The position numbers and the translations under genes were made by a program. The notes beneath the pieces were generated by a model, which did no database searches, was not told the origin of the DNA, and saw only the letters and a list, made by a program, of their open reading frames with translations. Of a DNA stretch of 64,000 nucleotides, positions 1 through 8,811 are shown piece by piece. The stretch lies in contig CAWFFN010000008.1 of the NCBI GenBank assembly GCA_963815115.1, forward strand, positions 266,226 through 330,225, written 5' to 3'. The stretch is from an uncultured delta proteobacterium (lineage in GTDB: Bacteria > Desulfobacterota > Binatia > DP-6). How positions within the stretch are numbered: the stretch's first letter is position 1; every line of letters begins with the position of its first letter.

Positions 1-38
1 TCACGGCGCCGAACGCTCGCCTCGGCCTCGGCCGTTCC

Positions 39-1898
39 ATGAAGTTCACCGGCGCGGCATGCGCCCAGACGCTCGCCGGCAGCAAGCACGTCGAGATCGA
101 GTGCGCCCCCGACGTGGCCAGCACGACGACGACCACCACCAGCACGTCGTCGACCAGCACGACGTCCTCCACGACCTCGACGACGACCACCACGACGCAG
201 GGCGCGGTGTGCGGCAACGGCACCATCGATCCGGGCGAGCAGTGCGATTCCGGTTCGCCGGGCGGCGGCTTCGTCGGCGGCGATTGCGGCTTCTGCACCG
301 CCGAGTGCGTCTGCCAGGGCGGTAGCACGACGACGACGACCGTCGAGAGCACGACCACCACCACCGAGACCACGACCACGACGGTCGAGAGCACCACCAC
401 GACGACCGAGAGGCGAGCACGACCACCACGACGACGAGACGGCGAGACGACCACCACGACGACCGAGACGGCGAGCACGACCACCACGACGACCGCCGAG
501 AGCACGACCACCACGACCTCGACCACGACCACCACCACGACGCAGGGCGCGGTGTGCGGCAACGGCACCATCGAGCCGGGCGAGCAGTGTGACTCGGGTT
601 CGCCGGGCGGCGGCTTCGTCGGCGGTGATTGCGGCTTCTGCACCGCCGAGTGCGTGTGTCAGGGGGCGAGCACGACCACCACCACGGCGGCCCCCACGAC
701 CACCACGACCGAGACGATCCCGACCACGACGACCACCGAGACGATCCCGACCACCACGACCACCGAGACCATCCCCACCACGACCACGACCGAGACCATC
801 CCGACGACCACGACGACGGAGGCGATCCCGACCACCACCACGTCGACCACCGAGGAGACCACCACCTCGACGACCGAGGAGTCCACGACCTCGACCACGT
901 CGACGACCGAGACGACCACGACCACGCTGCCGCTGCCCACGAGCCTCGAGTTCACCAACGGCGCGCCCGGCGGACCGTGCGGCACCGCGACGGACGGGAG
1001 CAACGCCCTCGTCAAGACCCTCACCTGTGGAGGTCTCAACCTCGGCGGCGGCGGATCGACCGTCGGAGAGGGCCCCACGCCGGACGGGTCGCGGAGCCGC
1101 TTCACGCTGGATTGCACGGTCTCCCCCTGCAACATCGGGGCGTTCACCACCCCGCCCGCCACCAGCAGCACCGAGCCCGACTGCAGCACCACCGGCTGCA
1201 ACTTCGGCACGCCCCTGCCGATCCCGAATACGACCCTCACCAACCTGACCACCTGCGTGCTGAACACCTTCGCCGCCCCGGCGACCGGGACGATCAACCT
1301 CTCCGACGGCACGTCGGTCACGAACGTCTCGCTCACGTCGGACACCTACCTCACCGGCAACGTGGGGCAGCCCTGCCCGGCGTGCCGCTCCGGCGGCGTC
1401 CCCGTGAATGGCAGCACGGCCAGTCCGGCGACGGGCACCTGCGACCGCGGCGCACGGAAGGATATGGCCTGCACCAGCAGCAACTCGCACGGCCTGACGC
1501 GTGACTGCCCGACGGGCGGCGCCGACGCCACCCACCCGTGCATGGCCGGCGTGCCGGGTCAGGATAGCTGCATCGACGGCACCCACGTCGGCCCGATCGC
1601 GGTCGATCTGTCGCCGCTCACCACGGCGCCCGCGTCCAAGACCGCCGATGCCAATGGGAACTTCTGTCCCGGCCAGGGTGGAAACCCAGGCACGCCCGGC
1701 TGCTTCAACCAGCCGACGTGCCGCACCATCACCGAGAACGGCACCGCTGCGGGGCCGGTGACCACCGGTGTCCCGGCAACGGGAACGCTGGCGTCGGTGT
1801 TCTGCATCGGCGCAACTCCGAACGGGCTGGTGAACTTCGCCGCCGACCTTCCGGGGCCGGGCGCCGTGTCCCTGCCCGGCCAGTTCGTCGTCAACTAG
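39..1898 (+). CDS. Thr-rich secreted or surface protein with two Myxococcus-type cysteine-rich repeats and a Cys-rich C-terminal domain. The reading frame is open to the window edge, so the true start may lie upstream of position 1.
   Basis: Two copies of CGNGTI(D/E)PGEQCDSGSPGGGFVGGDCGFCTAECVCQG, which resembles the Myxococcus cysteine-rich repeat. Long poly-Thr runs and five ETIPTTTTT units. A C-terminal ~330 aa with many Cys and N-x-S/T sequons. No in-frame stop between position 3 and the ATG at 39. Confidence 0.7.
   Translation: MKFTGAACAQTLAGSKHVEIECAPDVASTTTTTTSTSSTSTTSSTTSTTTTTTQGAVCGNGTIDPGEQCDSGSPGGGFVGGDCGFCTAECVCQGGSTTTTTVESTTTTTETTTTTVESTTTTTERRARPPRRRDGETTTTTTETASTTTTTTAESTTTTTSTTTTTTTQGAVCGNGTIEPGEQCDSGSPGGGFVGGDCGFCTAECVCQGASTTTTTAAPTTTTTETIPTTTTTETIPTTTTTETIPTTTTTETIPTTTTTEAIPTTTTSTTEETTTSTTEESTTSTTSTTETTTTTLPLPTSLEFTNGAPGGPCGTATDGSNALVKTLTCGGLNLGGGGSTVGEGPTPDGSRSRFTLDCTVSPCNIGAFTTPPATSSTEPDCSTTGCNFGTPLPIPNTTLTNLTTCVLNTFAAPATGTINLSDGTSVTNVSLTSDTYLTGNVGQPCPACRSGGVPVNGSTASPATGTCDRGARKDMACTSSNSHGLTRDCPTGGADATHPCMAGVPGQDSCIDGTHVGPIAVDLSPLTTAPASKTADANGNFCPGQGGNPGTPGCFNQPTCRTITENGTAAGPVTTGVPATGTLASVFCIGATPNGLVNFAADLPGPGAVSLPGQFVVN
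711..845 (+). repeat. Five tandem 27-bp repeats encoding (E-T/A-I-P-T-T-T-T-T/S) inside the Thr-rich gene.
   Basis: Five near-identical 27-nt units (gagac[g/c]atccc[g/c]acc acg acc acc) read directly in the sequence. Confidence 0.6.
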
Positions 1899-1910
1899 CG
1901 ACCGGAACAT

Positions 1911-1945
1911 GGCGGGCCCGAGCCTCGCGCAGGCTCGGGCCCGCC
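1911..1945. terminator. Perfect 14-bp stem hairpin (ggcgggcccgagcc / ggctcgggcccgcc, 7-nt loop) between convergent genes. Candidate bidirectional intrinsic terminator.
   Basis: An inverted repeat read directly. It lies between the stop of the plus-strand Thr-rich gene (1898) and the stop of the minus-strand GT2 gene (1947). No clear U-tract is present, since the genome is GC-rich. Confidence 0.45.
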
Positions 1946-1946
1946 G

Positions 1947-2858
1947 TCATCGCAGGCCCAGCTCGTCGAGCGGCAGCGGCCGGTGCGTGACGGCGTCGCG
2001 GACCCCGCGCACCTTGAGCCACACCCGGCCTGCATCGCCCTGCGGCAGGTGCCAGAGGAGCTGGAGCGGCAGCGAGACGCCGAGGAAGCTCGCGAGCTTT
2101 ACCCACTGCGCGGGCCCGGCGTGCTTGCGCGCGAAGAGGATGGTGTTGCGGGCGGCGAAGTAGGTGCGGATGCGCACCGAGCGCTCGCCGCCGGCCGTCC
2201 CCCGCCCGGTGTGGGTGACGACCGCCTCGGGGCAGTAGACGACACGCAGTCCGGCGCGGCGCGCGCGCGTGCACCAGTCGACCTCCTCGTGGTAGGCGAA
2301 GAACGACTCGTCGAGGAGGCCGACGCGGGCGAGCGCCGTCGCGCGCAGCCACATGGCGCAGCCCGCGATCCACTCGACGTCGCGCTGCGCGCCCCACGCC
2401 GGCCCGTCGAGCGCGTCCGCGCCGCACAGGCCGACCAGGCTCTGCCGCCAGGTGATGCGACCCCAGGCGAGCCACAGGCGCCGCGGATCCTCTCGCGCCA
2501 GCACCTTCGGACCTGCCGCGGCCACGCGGGGATCGGCGTCGAGCACCGCGCGGGCCGCCGCCGTCGCGCCGGGTCGCACGCGGACGTCGTTGTTGAGGAG
2601 CAGCACGACCTCCGCATCGCGCGCGAGGGCGTGCCGGATGCCGAGGTTGGCCCCACCGGGGTAACCGAGATTCTCCGCGCTTCGCAGGCACTCGACGTGG
2701 GGCGCGTGCCGCGCCAGCAGGTCGCCGATGGGCTCGTGGGAGCCGTTGTCGACCACCACGATCGAGACGCCGGGCTCGCCCGCGAGGCTCTCGACGCAGC
2801 CGAGCGTGTCCTCCGGGTCCTGCCAGTGCACCACGACGGCGACGACCGGATCGCTCAC
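1947..2858 (-). CDS. Family 2 glycosyltransferase (GT-A fold).
   Basis: N-terminal VVVHWQDPEDTLGCVESL...VVVDNGS motif typical of GT2. 303 aa. Its start overlaps the stop of the upstream GT1 gene by 4 nt. Confidence 0.85.
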   Translation of the reverse strand: MSDPVVAVVVHWQDPEDTLGCVESLAGEPGVSIVVVDNGSHEPIGDLLARHAPHVECLRSAENLGYPGGANLGIRHALARDAEVVLLLNNDVRVRPGATAAARAVLDADPRVAAAGPKVLAREDPRRLWLAWGRITWRQSLVGLCGADALDGPAWGAQRDVEWIAGCAMWLRATALARVGLLDESFFAYHEEVDWCTRARRAGLRVVYCPEAVVTHTGRGTAGGERSVRIRTYFAARNTILFARKHAGPAQWVKLASFLGVSLPLQLLWHLPQGDAGRVWLKVRGVRDAVTHRPLPLDELGLR

Positions 2859-3940
2859 CCGAGCACCTCCTCGTAGACCCGGCGGGTGCGCCGTGCCGTC
2901 TCCTCCCAGCTGAAGGTCGCGGCGCGCTGCCGCGCCTGCTCGCCGAGGGCCGCTCGCGCGGCCGGGTCGTCCAGCAGGCGGGTCAGCGCGACGCCCAGCA
3001 GCGTCGGGTCGGAACGCGCTACGAGCACCGCGGCGTCGCCGGCGACCTCCGGGATGGAGGTGACGGCCACCGCCACCACGGCGCAGCCTCCGGCCATGGC
3101 CTCAAGCACGGTGAGGCCGAAGCCCTCGTACTCGGACGCGCTCATCGCGATCTCGGCGGCGGCGTAGAGGGCGCGCAGCTCGCCGTCGTCGAGCGCGCCC
3201 AGCCAGTGCACACCTGCCGGCAGATCGACCAGCCAGTGCGGCGCATATCCGGGTCGCAGCCGCCCGGCGATGACCAGCTCCCAGCCGCGCGCCGCGCCTC
3301 GCGCGCGCTCGAACGCCTCGATGACGTACTCGACCCGCTTGCGGGGCTGGATGGTCCCGACGCAGGCGACGAGGCGCTCACCGAGGCCGTACCTCGATCG
3401 GAGCGCTTCCACGGCGCTCGCCGACGGCGGAGTGGCGAGCGCCGCGGGCACCGCCAGCGGGACCACGGGCACGCGCTCGGGAGGCAGCCCGAAGCGCCTC
3501 ACGAGATCGCCGCGGGCATGCTCCGAGTCGGCGATCACCCGGGCAGCGCGGGCAACGCTCGATGGTACGCAGAGCCGGAAGTGGAGCCGCTGGGGCCACG
3601 CAAAGGTCTCGGGACAGGCATAGACCGCGAGGTCGTGCACCGTGACGACCCCCGGCACCGGCAGCCGCCAGGGCAGGATGTTCTTGGTGCCGTGGTAGAG
3701 CGCGATCCGCCGGGCACCGACCAGGCCGGGAAGGCGCACGTGGTCCCAGGTCACCTGGTGGTAGGTCGTCGCCAGCGGCACGTGGACGCGCTCGACGTCG
3801 AAGGCGGCGAAGTCGTCGGGTCGATCGGTGAACACGACGTAGTGGTGGCCGCCCAGGCGAGCCAGGGACGCGACCAGCTCGCGAGCATAGGTGGCCGGCC
3901 CGCCGCGGATGCCCACCAGCGCCCCGATCCCTATGCGCAT
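2855..3940 (-). CDS. Family 1 (GT4-like) glycosyltransferase. The track ORF extends to 4054, but its first 38 codons are encoded by the palindromic repeat element, so the likely true start is MRIGIGALVG.
   Basis: C-terminal EYEGFGLTVLEAMAGGCAVV motif of GT1/GT4 (GT-B fold). The N-terminal extension RLCRPRHGLRS...ESRVA is the repeat-encoded sequence also seen at 33138-33250. Confidence 0.75.
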   Translation of the reverse strand: MRIGIGALVGIRGGPATYARELVASLARLGGHHYVVFTDRPDDFAAFDVERVHVPLATTYHQVTWDHVRLPGLVGARRIALYHGTKNILPWRLPVPGVVTVHDLAVYACPETFAWPQRLHFRLCVPSSVARAARVIADSEHARGDLVRRFGLPPERVPVVPLAVPAALATPPSASAVEALRSRYGLGERLVACVGTIQPRKRVEYVIEAFERARGAARGWELVIAGRLRPGYAPHWLVDLPAGVHWLGALDDGELRALYAAAEIAMSASEYEGFGLTVLEAMAGGCAVVAVAVTSIPEVAGDAAVLVARSDPTLLGVALTRLLDDPAARAALGEQARQRAATFSWEETARRTRRVYEEVLG

Positions 3941-3947
3941 GGCTAGG

Positions 3948-4238
3948 AGCGCGACCCGAGACTCCGCCTCGGATCGAAAGCGGAGGCGAGCGTGTGGCGT
4001 TCGGCGGATCGAGCGGAGGCCATGCCGCGGCCGGCAAAGCCGGCGCGGCAACACGTGGCGCGCCGGGGCTCTGGCCCAATCCGTCCTGACCCGCCCACAG
4101 GCATGCCGTTCTCAGCTCCCGAGTCCTCCGGAACGTTTGCCGCGCCGGCTAGGCCGGCCGCGGCACGACGTCCGCACTGTTCATGAGGTTTCATTCTCCC
4201 CTCCGTCTCGGCCCGAGACGAAGTCTCGGGCCGACCCA
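3948..4238. repeat. Copy A of a ~290-bp imperfect palindromic (MITE-like) intergenic element. Each end carries the hairpin gacccgagac-NNN-gtctcgggtc.
   Basis: The left arm (3948-4068) and right arm (4143-4238) are mutual reverse complements. About 80% identical overall to the element at 33138-33432. No ORF. The right arm overlaps the last ~18 codons of the GT2 gene at 4181-5158. Confidence 0.55.
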
Positions 4239-5158
4239 CCCGGGGCCCGCACCGGCTCGGGAGCGGCGCCGGTGGCGACCCGCAGCCCGGCGAGGGCGCC
4301 CCGGCCGAGCTGGCGAACGACCTCCCCGCGACCGCGCAACGCATATAGCGCGGCGCTGGCACCCACCATGGCAGCATACGCCGGGACGAAGGCGAGAAGC
4401 GCCGGCCACCCCCCGCGCCGGCGCACCACGAGCCACGGGTTGCGTGCCTTCAGATACGCCGCCCACGGCGTGAGGCCGCTCGCGAATCCGCGCAGCCCGT
4501 CGTGCTGGACGACCGCACGCGGCTCGATGACGGCGCCGTAGCCGCGCTCGTGCGCCGCCAGGCAGAAGTCCACATCCTCGTAGTAGACGGCGATTTCCTC
4601 CGAGAACCCGGCCACGGCCTCGAAGCACGCCCGGGTGACGAGGAGGGCGCAGCCCATGACCCCGCTCACGGCGTACGGCACGCCGGATGACCGCCGATAG
4701 CGCACCAGTGTCCGGGGTACGCAGAGAAGCGGGAGCGAGTGACGTTCGCCCGCCGACAGGACATTGGCGGGGTCGCGGAGGTCGACGACGCGCGGACCGG
4801 CGATGCCCGCCCCGGGCGCGGCATCGAGCGCAGCGAGCAGCAGGCGAAGCGCGTCGGGCGCGAGCACGGTGTCGTTGTTGAGCAGCAGCAGGCGCTCCGC
4901 CCCCGCATCGATCGCCGCGCGAGCCCCGGCGTTGAGGCCCCCGGCGAACTGGCGGTTGTGGTCGAGGAGCAGGAGGCGGACGGGCGTCAGAGCCCCGAGT
5001 GCGCCGCGCAGCCGGGTGCGCTCGGCCTCGCTCGATGCGTTGTCGACCACGATCACCTCGTCGGGAGGACGATCCTGGGCGAGCAGCGAGGCCACGCACC
5101 GCTCGGTCGCCGTCCCTCCTTCCCACGTGACCACCACGGCAGCGGTGCGCACGCTCAT
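4181..5158 (-). CDS. Family 2 glycosyltransferase.
   Basis: AVVVTWEGGTATERCVASLLAQDRPPDEVIVVDNASS ... LLLLNNDTV motifs typical of GT2. 325 aa. The C-terminal ~18 residues are encoded by the repeat element. An alternate-frame ORF (4191-5189) was rejected. Confidence 0.8.
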   Translation of the reverse strand: MSVRTAAVVVTWEGGTATERCVASLLAQDRPPDEVIVVDNASSEAERTRLRGALGALTPVRLLLLDHNRQFAGGLNAGARAAIDAGAERLLLLNNDTVLAPDALRLLLAALDAAPGAGIAGPRVVDLRDPANVLSAGERHSLPLLCVPRTLVRYRRSSGVPYAVSGVMGCALLVTRACFEAVAGFSEEIAVYYEDVDFCLAAHERGYGAVIEPRAVVQHDGLRGFASGLTPWAAYLKARNPWLVVRRRGGWPALLAFVPAYAAMVGASAALYALRGRGEVVRQLGRGALAGLRVATGAAPEPVRAPGGSARDFVSGRDGGENETS

Positions 5159-6306
5159 CCTCCCGTGGCCATTCCCGGGGCGCGGGCATCGGGGCGCACG
5201 CCGAGCCGCGCCGCCAGGACGTCGGCGAGCCGGGCCGCGACCTGCTCCGCGCCGAAGCGCGCGAGGACGTGTGCGCGCGCCGCGGCGCCGAGCCGCTCGG
5301 CGAGCGCCGGCATCGCGAGCAGCTCGCCGACGGCGGCGGCGAGGGCGACAGGGTCCCCGGGCGGGCAGACGACGCAGTGCTCGCCGGGCTCCAGCACCTC
5401 GCGCAGCGCCGGCCCGTCGCGCGTCACCAGCGGGCGCCCGGCAGCGGCCGCCTGGTAGACCTTGTTCGGCACCACCATGGCCGCCTTGCGACCGGTGCCG
5501 AAGACGCCGAGTGCCACCGAGGCCTCGGCGAGCTCGTCGCGCAACCCGGCCAGCGGCAGCTCGTCACGCCAGGTGATCCGCGCCCCGAGGCGATCGGCCC
5601 GGAACTTCACGCGTGGCCGCTCCGGGCCGCCGCCGATCAGGACGACGTCGGCGCGCGCGCCGAGGATGGCGGCAGCGCGCACGATGGTGTCGATCCCATG
5701 GAGCGGCAGGTAGCGGCCGTAGAAGAGCACCCGTCCCGGCACGGGCGCGCGATCGGGCGGGGGGGTCAGGAACTCGGGCTCGACCCCGAAATGCCAGACT
5801 GCCAGGCGTTCTCGCTCGACGCCCAGTCCCTGCATGTAGTCGGCATGCGCCGCGGTGTCGGCCAGGACCAGATCGGCGGCGCGCAGGCTGGCACGGTCGA
5901 GGGCGGCCGCCAGCCGCGCTCTCGAGCCGCCCGCCGGAAACACCTGCCGATCCTCGACCAGCGTCTCGCTGAGGGTGACGAGGGGTGCGAAGACGAGCCC
6001 GGCGCGCGGCCGGCAGAAGCGCGCCGCCAGGAGCACGTCGAGCTGGCCGCCGAAGCCGACCACGACCAGCGGCGGCGGCCGGTCCCGCCGCCAGGCGCGC
6101 ACCAGTCGGCGCGCGGCGACAGCCCAGCGGACGGCGAGCCGGGCGAGCGACGGGGCGCCGAAGTAGGGCGCCGCCTTCTCTCGCGCGGTCTCCCACACCG
6201 GCTCGTGCAGCTCCTCGACCTCGAAGCCCGCGCCGGCGAGTGCGCGGCGCAGGAGCCGGTTCGCGCTGTGGCCGCGATCGTACGTGCCGAAGAGGCACGC
6301 CGTCAT
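5155..6306 (-). CDS. Family 1 glycosyltransferase (GT4-like).
   Basis: 383 aa with GT-B-like C-terminal half (…VVPNKVYQAAAAGRPLVTRDG…). 4-nt overlaps with both neighbours. Confidence 0.75.
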   Translation of the reverse strand: MTACLFGTYDRGHSANRLLRRALAGAGFEVEELHEPVWETAREKAAPYFGAPSLARLAVRWAVAARRLVRAWRRDRPPPLVVVGFGGQLDVLLAARFCRPRAGLVFAPLVTLSETLVEDRQVFPAGGSRARLAAALDRASLRAADLVLADTAAHADYMQGLGVERERLAVWHFGVEPEFLTPPPDRAPVPGRVLFYGRYLPLHGIDTIVRAAAILGARADVVLIGGGPERPRVKFRADRLGARITWRDELPLAGLRDELAEASVALGVFGTGRKAAMVVPNKVYQAAAAGRPLVTRDGPALREVLEPGEHCVVCPPGDPVALAAAVGELLAMPALAERLGAAARAHVLARFGAEQVAARLADVLAARLGVRPDARAPGMATGG

Positions 6307-7328
6307 CGGGCCTGGCGACCGCTCTCGGCGTGCGCCGGTGGGGCGGGTCCGTCGGCCTGCAGCCGCTCGACGTCGGCCTCCCGGCCGAAGCGCAGCTCCA
6401 GCTCCCGCACCCGCAGGAGCATGTCCTCGACCAGCGTCCGGCTGCTGCCGATCAGGTCGGCGACCAGGCCGATCAGCATGGTCTGGAAGCCGACGATGAC
6501 GAGCACCGCAGCCAGGATGAGGCTCTGGATGTGTCCCATGCCGCCCTCGAACATCCAGTCGAACGCGAAGCGAAGCGCGATGGCGACCCCGAGCAGCACC
6601 GCCACGCCGCCGAGCCCGACGAAGACGGTGAGCGGCTCGTAGAGCGCGTAGATGCGCACCATGGTGGCGAGCGAGCGCCGGACGTAGAGCGCCATCGAGC
6701 CGAACAGGCGCGACGGCCGGCGCACGGGGTTGGTCGAGATCGGGAAGTGTCCGATCGGGATGTGCTTCTTGCCCGCCTGGATGATGGTCTCGAGGGTGTA
6801 GGTGAACTTGGTCACCACGTTCATCCGGAGCGCGGCCCGGCGCGAGAAGGCCCGGAAGCCACTGGTGGCGTCGGGCACCGTGGTGCCGGAGAGGCGCCGG
6901 ACGACCCAGCTCCCCATGCCCTGGAGGAAGCGTTTGGGGACCCCGAAGTCCCGCGACCAGCTGGGCGTTCGATCGCCGATCACGATGTCGACCTGCCCCG
7001 CGACGATGGGGGCGACCAGCCGCCGGATCTCCGAGCCGGGGTACTGATGGTCGGCGTCCGTGTTGACGATCACGTCGGCCCCGAGCTTCAGGGCGGCATC
7101 GAGCCCGGCCGAGAAGGCGCGCGCGAGCCCGGCATGCACGGGAAGACGGAGCAGGTAGGTGGCGCCGGCGCGGCGAGCCACCTCCCCGGTTGCGTCGCTC
7201 GAGCCGTCGTCGATGACGAGCGTCTCGATGACCTCGATGCCCGGAAGGCTCCGCGGCAGGCCGGCGAGCGTCTCGGCGAGCGTCGCCTCCTCGTTGTAGC
7301 AGGGAATCTGGATGATGAGCTTCCGCAT
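6303..7328 (-). CDS. Polyprenol-phosphate glycosyltransferase (GT2, DPM1/GtrB/ArnC-like) with a C-terminal transmembrane region.
   Basis: MRKLIIQIPCYNEE...VIDDGSSDAT...NTDADHQYP catalytic motifs, followed by two hydrophobic helices (LGGVAVLLGVAIALRF..., LILAAVLVIVGFQTMLIGLV). Confidence 0.85.
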   Translation of the reverse strand: MRKLIIQIPCYNEEATLAETLAGLPRSLPGIEVIETLVIDDGSSDATGEVARRAGATYLLRLPVHAGLARAFSAGLDAALKLGADVIVNTDADHQYPGSEIRRLVAPIVAGQVDIVIGDRTPSWSRDFGVPKRFLQGMGSWVVRRLSGTTVPDATSGFRAFSRRAALRMNVVTKFTYTLETIIQAGKKHIPIGHFPISTNPVRRPSRLFGSMALYVRRSLATMVRIYALYEPLTVFVGLGGVAVLLGVAIALRFAFDWMFEGGMGHIQSLILAAVLVIVGFQTMLIGLVADLIGSSRTLVEDMLLRVRELELRFGREADVERLQADGPAPPAHAESGRQAR

Positions 7329-7391
7329 CGCGCCGCCTTCACCTTAGCCGCCGGGGCCCCCGGGGCACCAGCGGCGGCTCGCGGGGCACGC

Positions 7392-8747
7392 TCACGGCGC
7401 CGCGTCCGGTGGCGCCACGAGGACGTCGAACCGCATCTCGGGCCCGGCGGGGGACAGGTTGCGGATCACAACCCGCGATGGGCCGCCGGCGTACGGCGCC
7501 ATGCCCGGCGTCTCGGTCCCGCAGACCGGTGCGCGACGCAGGGCTGCGCCCGCCGCGAGCAGCGCCGCGCCCCCGGCGGCCAGTGCCAGCACCGCAACCA
7601 GGGCGCGAGGCCGCCCGAGGCGCAGGATCGCCGCCGCCAGGACCAGCGCGCCCAGGATCGCGAGCGCGGCGCCGGCGCGGCGGCGCCATGCCGGCGGACC
7701 GCTCCACGGGTCGCCGGCATCGCCCCGGTTGCCCTCCGCCGCGTGGCCGCGGTCGAGGTCGCCACGGCCGTCCGCCTCGACGAGATGCAGCATCTTGTGC
7801 GCGGGGTTCTGCTGCGCGGTGCGGAAGCCATTCACGCGCTCGTCGACGTGCCAGACCAGCAGGCCCTCGCCTGGAAGCCGTGCGTCGGCGCCCTCGCGCC
7901 GCCGGTTCTCGAGCAGGTAGTACTCCTGCGGGTTGCCGGGCGCGGCGGGAATCTTCAGCACGCGGGGAGTTCGATCGATCGCCGGCAGCGTGACGCCGAG
8001 CGTGCTGCGATCGATGGTCTCCACGTCCACCCAGCCGAGATGCATCTTGGACCACGCCTCGGGCTGCGGCGGCTGATCGCCGTGGCCGAGCCAGGTGCCC
8101 TGGCCCATGAGGCCCCACACGCCGATGCCCTCGTGCTTCGCCGCCCCCGTCGCATACAGCTCGGGCAGGCCGAGGAGATGGCCGAACTCGTGGCACAGGA
8201 CGCCGAAGGGGCTGAAGGGCGGGACCTCCTCCTCCGCGATCACGCAGGCGTCGTTGAACCTGTCCACGGGAGGAGCGAGCGCGGTGTAGTTCGACCACGG
8301 ATCACCCGCATCGCCGCCCTCGACGTGGGATTCGCGACCCGGTCCGGCGAAGAACACGACCAGGGCGCCCGCCCGTTCGAGCAACCTCCGATCCTCCTCC
8401 GACGCCGCCGCGACGAAGGCGCGCGCCGCGTCGCCGGCGAGCAGGCTCGGCCGCTGCACGTAGCGGGCGCGCGCTTGGGGCAACGTCACCACCGTCTCCG
8501 CCAGGAGCGGGACGATGCGCAGCCGTCCCGACGACGCCTCGGCGTAGTAGTGCGTGAGACGGTCCATGAGCGACGTGAAATAGGCGGCGTCGTGCCCCAG
8601 CGGTCGATCGGGAAACGAGGCGCGCACCACCAGCACCGGCAGGTCGCCGGCGCTCGGCGGCGCCGCGCCGCACACCCCGGAGCCCACGAGGAGGAGCAGC
8701 ACCGCCAGCGCCGCCCGTCGGATCGCGTGGTGCCCGCGACAATTGAC
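7392..8747 (-). CDS. M6-family (InhA-like) zinc metalloprotease. The track ORF runs to 9125, but the signal-peptide-like segment RRAALAVLLLLVGSGVCGA suggests a start near 8747 (GTG).
   Basis: HEFGHLLGLPELY zinc-binding motif, typical of the M6 family metalloprotease domain. Hydrophobic C-terminal segment. The upstream 378 nt of the ORF overlap the plus-strand PKD lipoprotein gene and are Ser/Ala-rich junk. Confidence 0.7.
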   Translation of the reverse strand, partial: VNCRGHHAIRRAALAVLLLLVGSGVCGAAPPSAGDLPVLVVRASFPDRPLGHDAAYFTSLMDRLTHYYAEASSGRLRIVPLLAETVVTLPQARARYVQRPSLLAGDAARAFVAAASEEDRRLLERAGALVVFFAGPGRESHVEGGDAGDPWSNYTALAPPVDRFNDACVIAEEEVPPFSPFGVLCHEFGHLLGLPELYATGAAKHEGIGVWGLMGQGTWLGHGDQPPQPEAWSKMHLGWVDVETIDRSTLGVTLPAIDRTPRVLKIPAAPGNPQEYYLLENRRREGADARLPGEGLLVWHVDERVNGFRTAQQNPAHKMLHLVEADGRGDLDRGHAAEGNRGDAGDPWSGPPAWRRRAGAALAILGALVLAAAILRLGRPRALVAVLALAAGGAALLAAGAALRRAPVCGTETPGMAPYAGGPSRVVIRNLSPAGPEMRFDVLVAPPDAAP

Positions 8748-8811
8748 AGCCGGATGGGGGTCTGTGACAATCCGCGACCGTTTGCCTACACCCGGACCAG
8801 GAGGACACACG

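Noticed and set aside
4191-5189. A 332-aa minus-strand ORF overlapping the GT2 gene.
   Set aside because: It is a different frame of the same region, Arg/Pro-rich, with no glycosyltransferase motifs. The 4181-5158 frame carries the GT2 signatures.
7339-8298. Minus-strand ORFs of 319 and 168 aa (7339-8298, 8302-8808) inside the M6 protease region.
   Set aside because: They are alternate frames of the protease gene with Arg/Gly/Pro junk composition.
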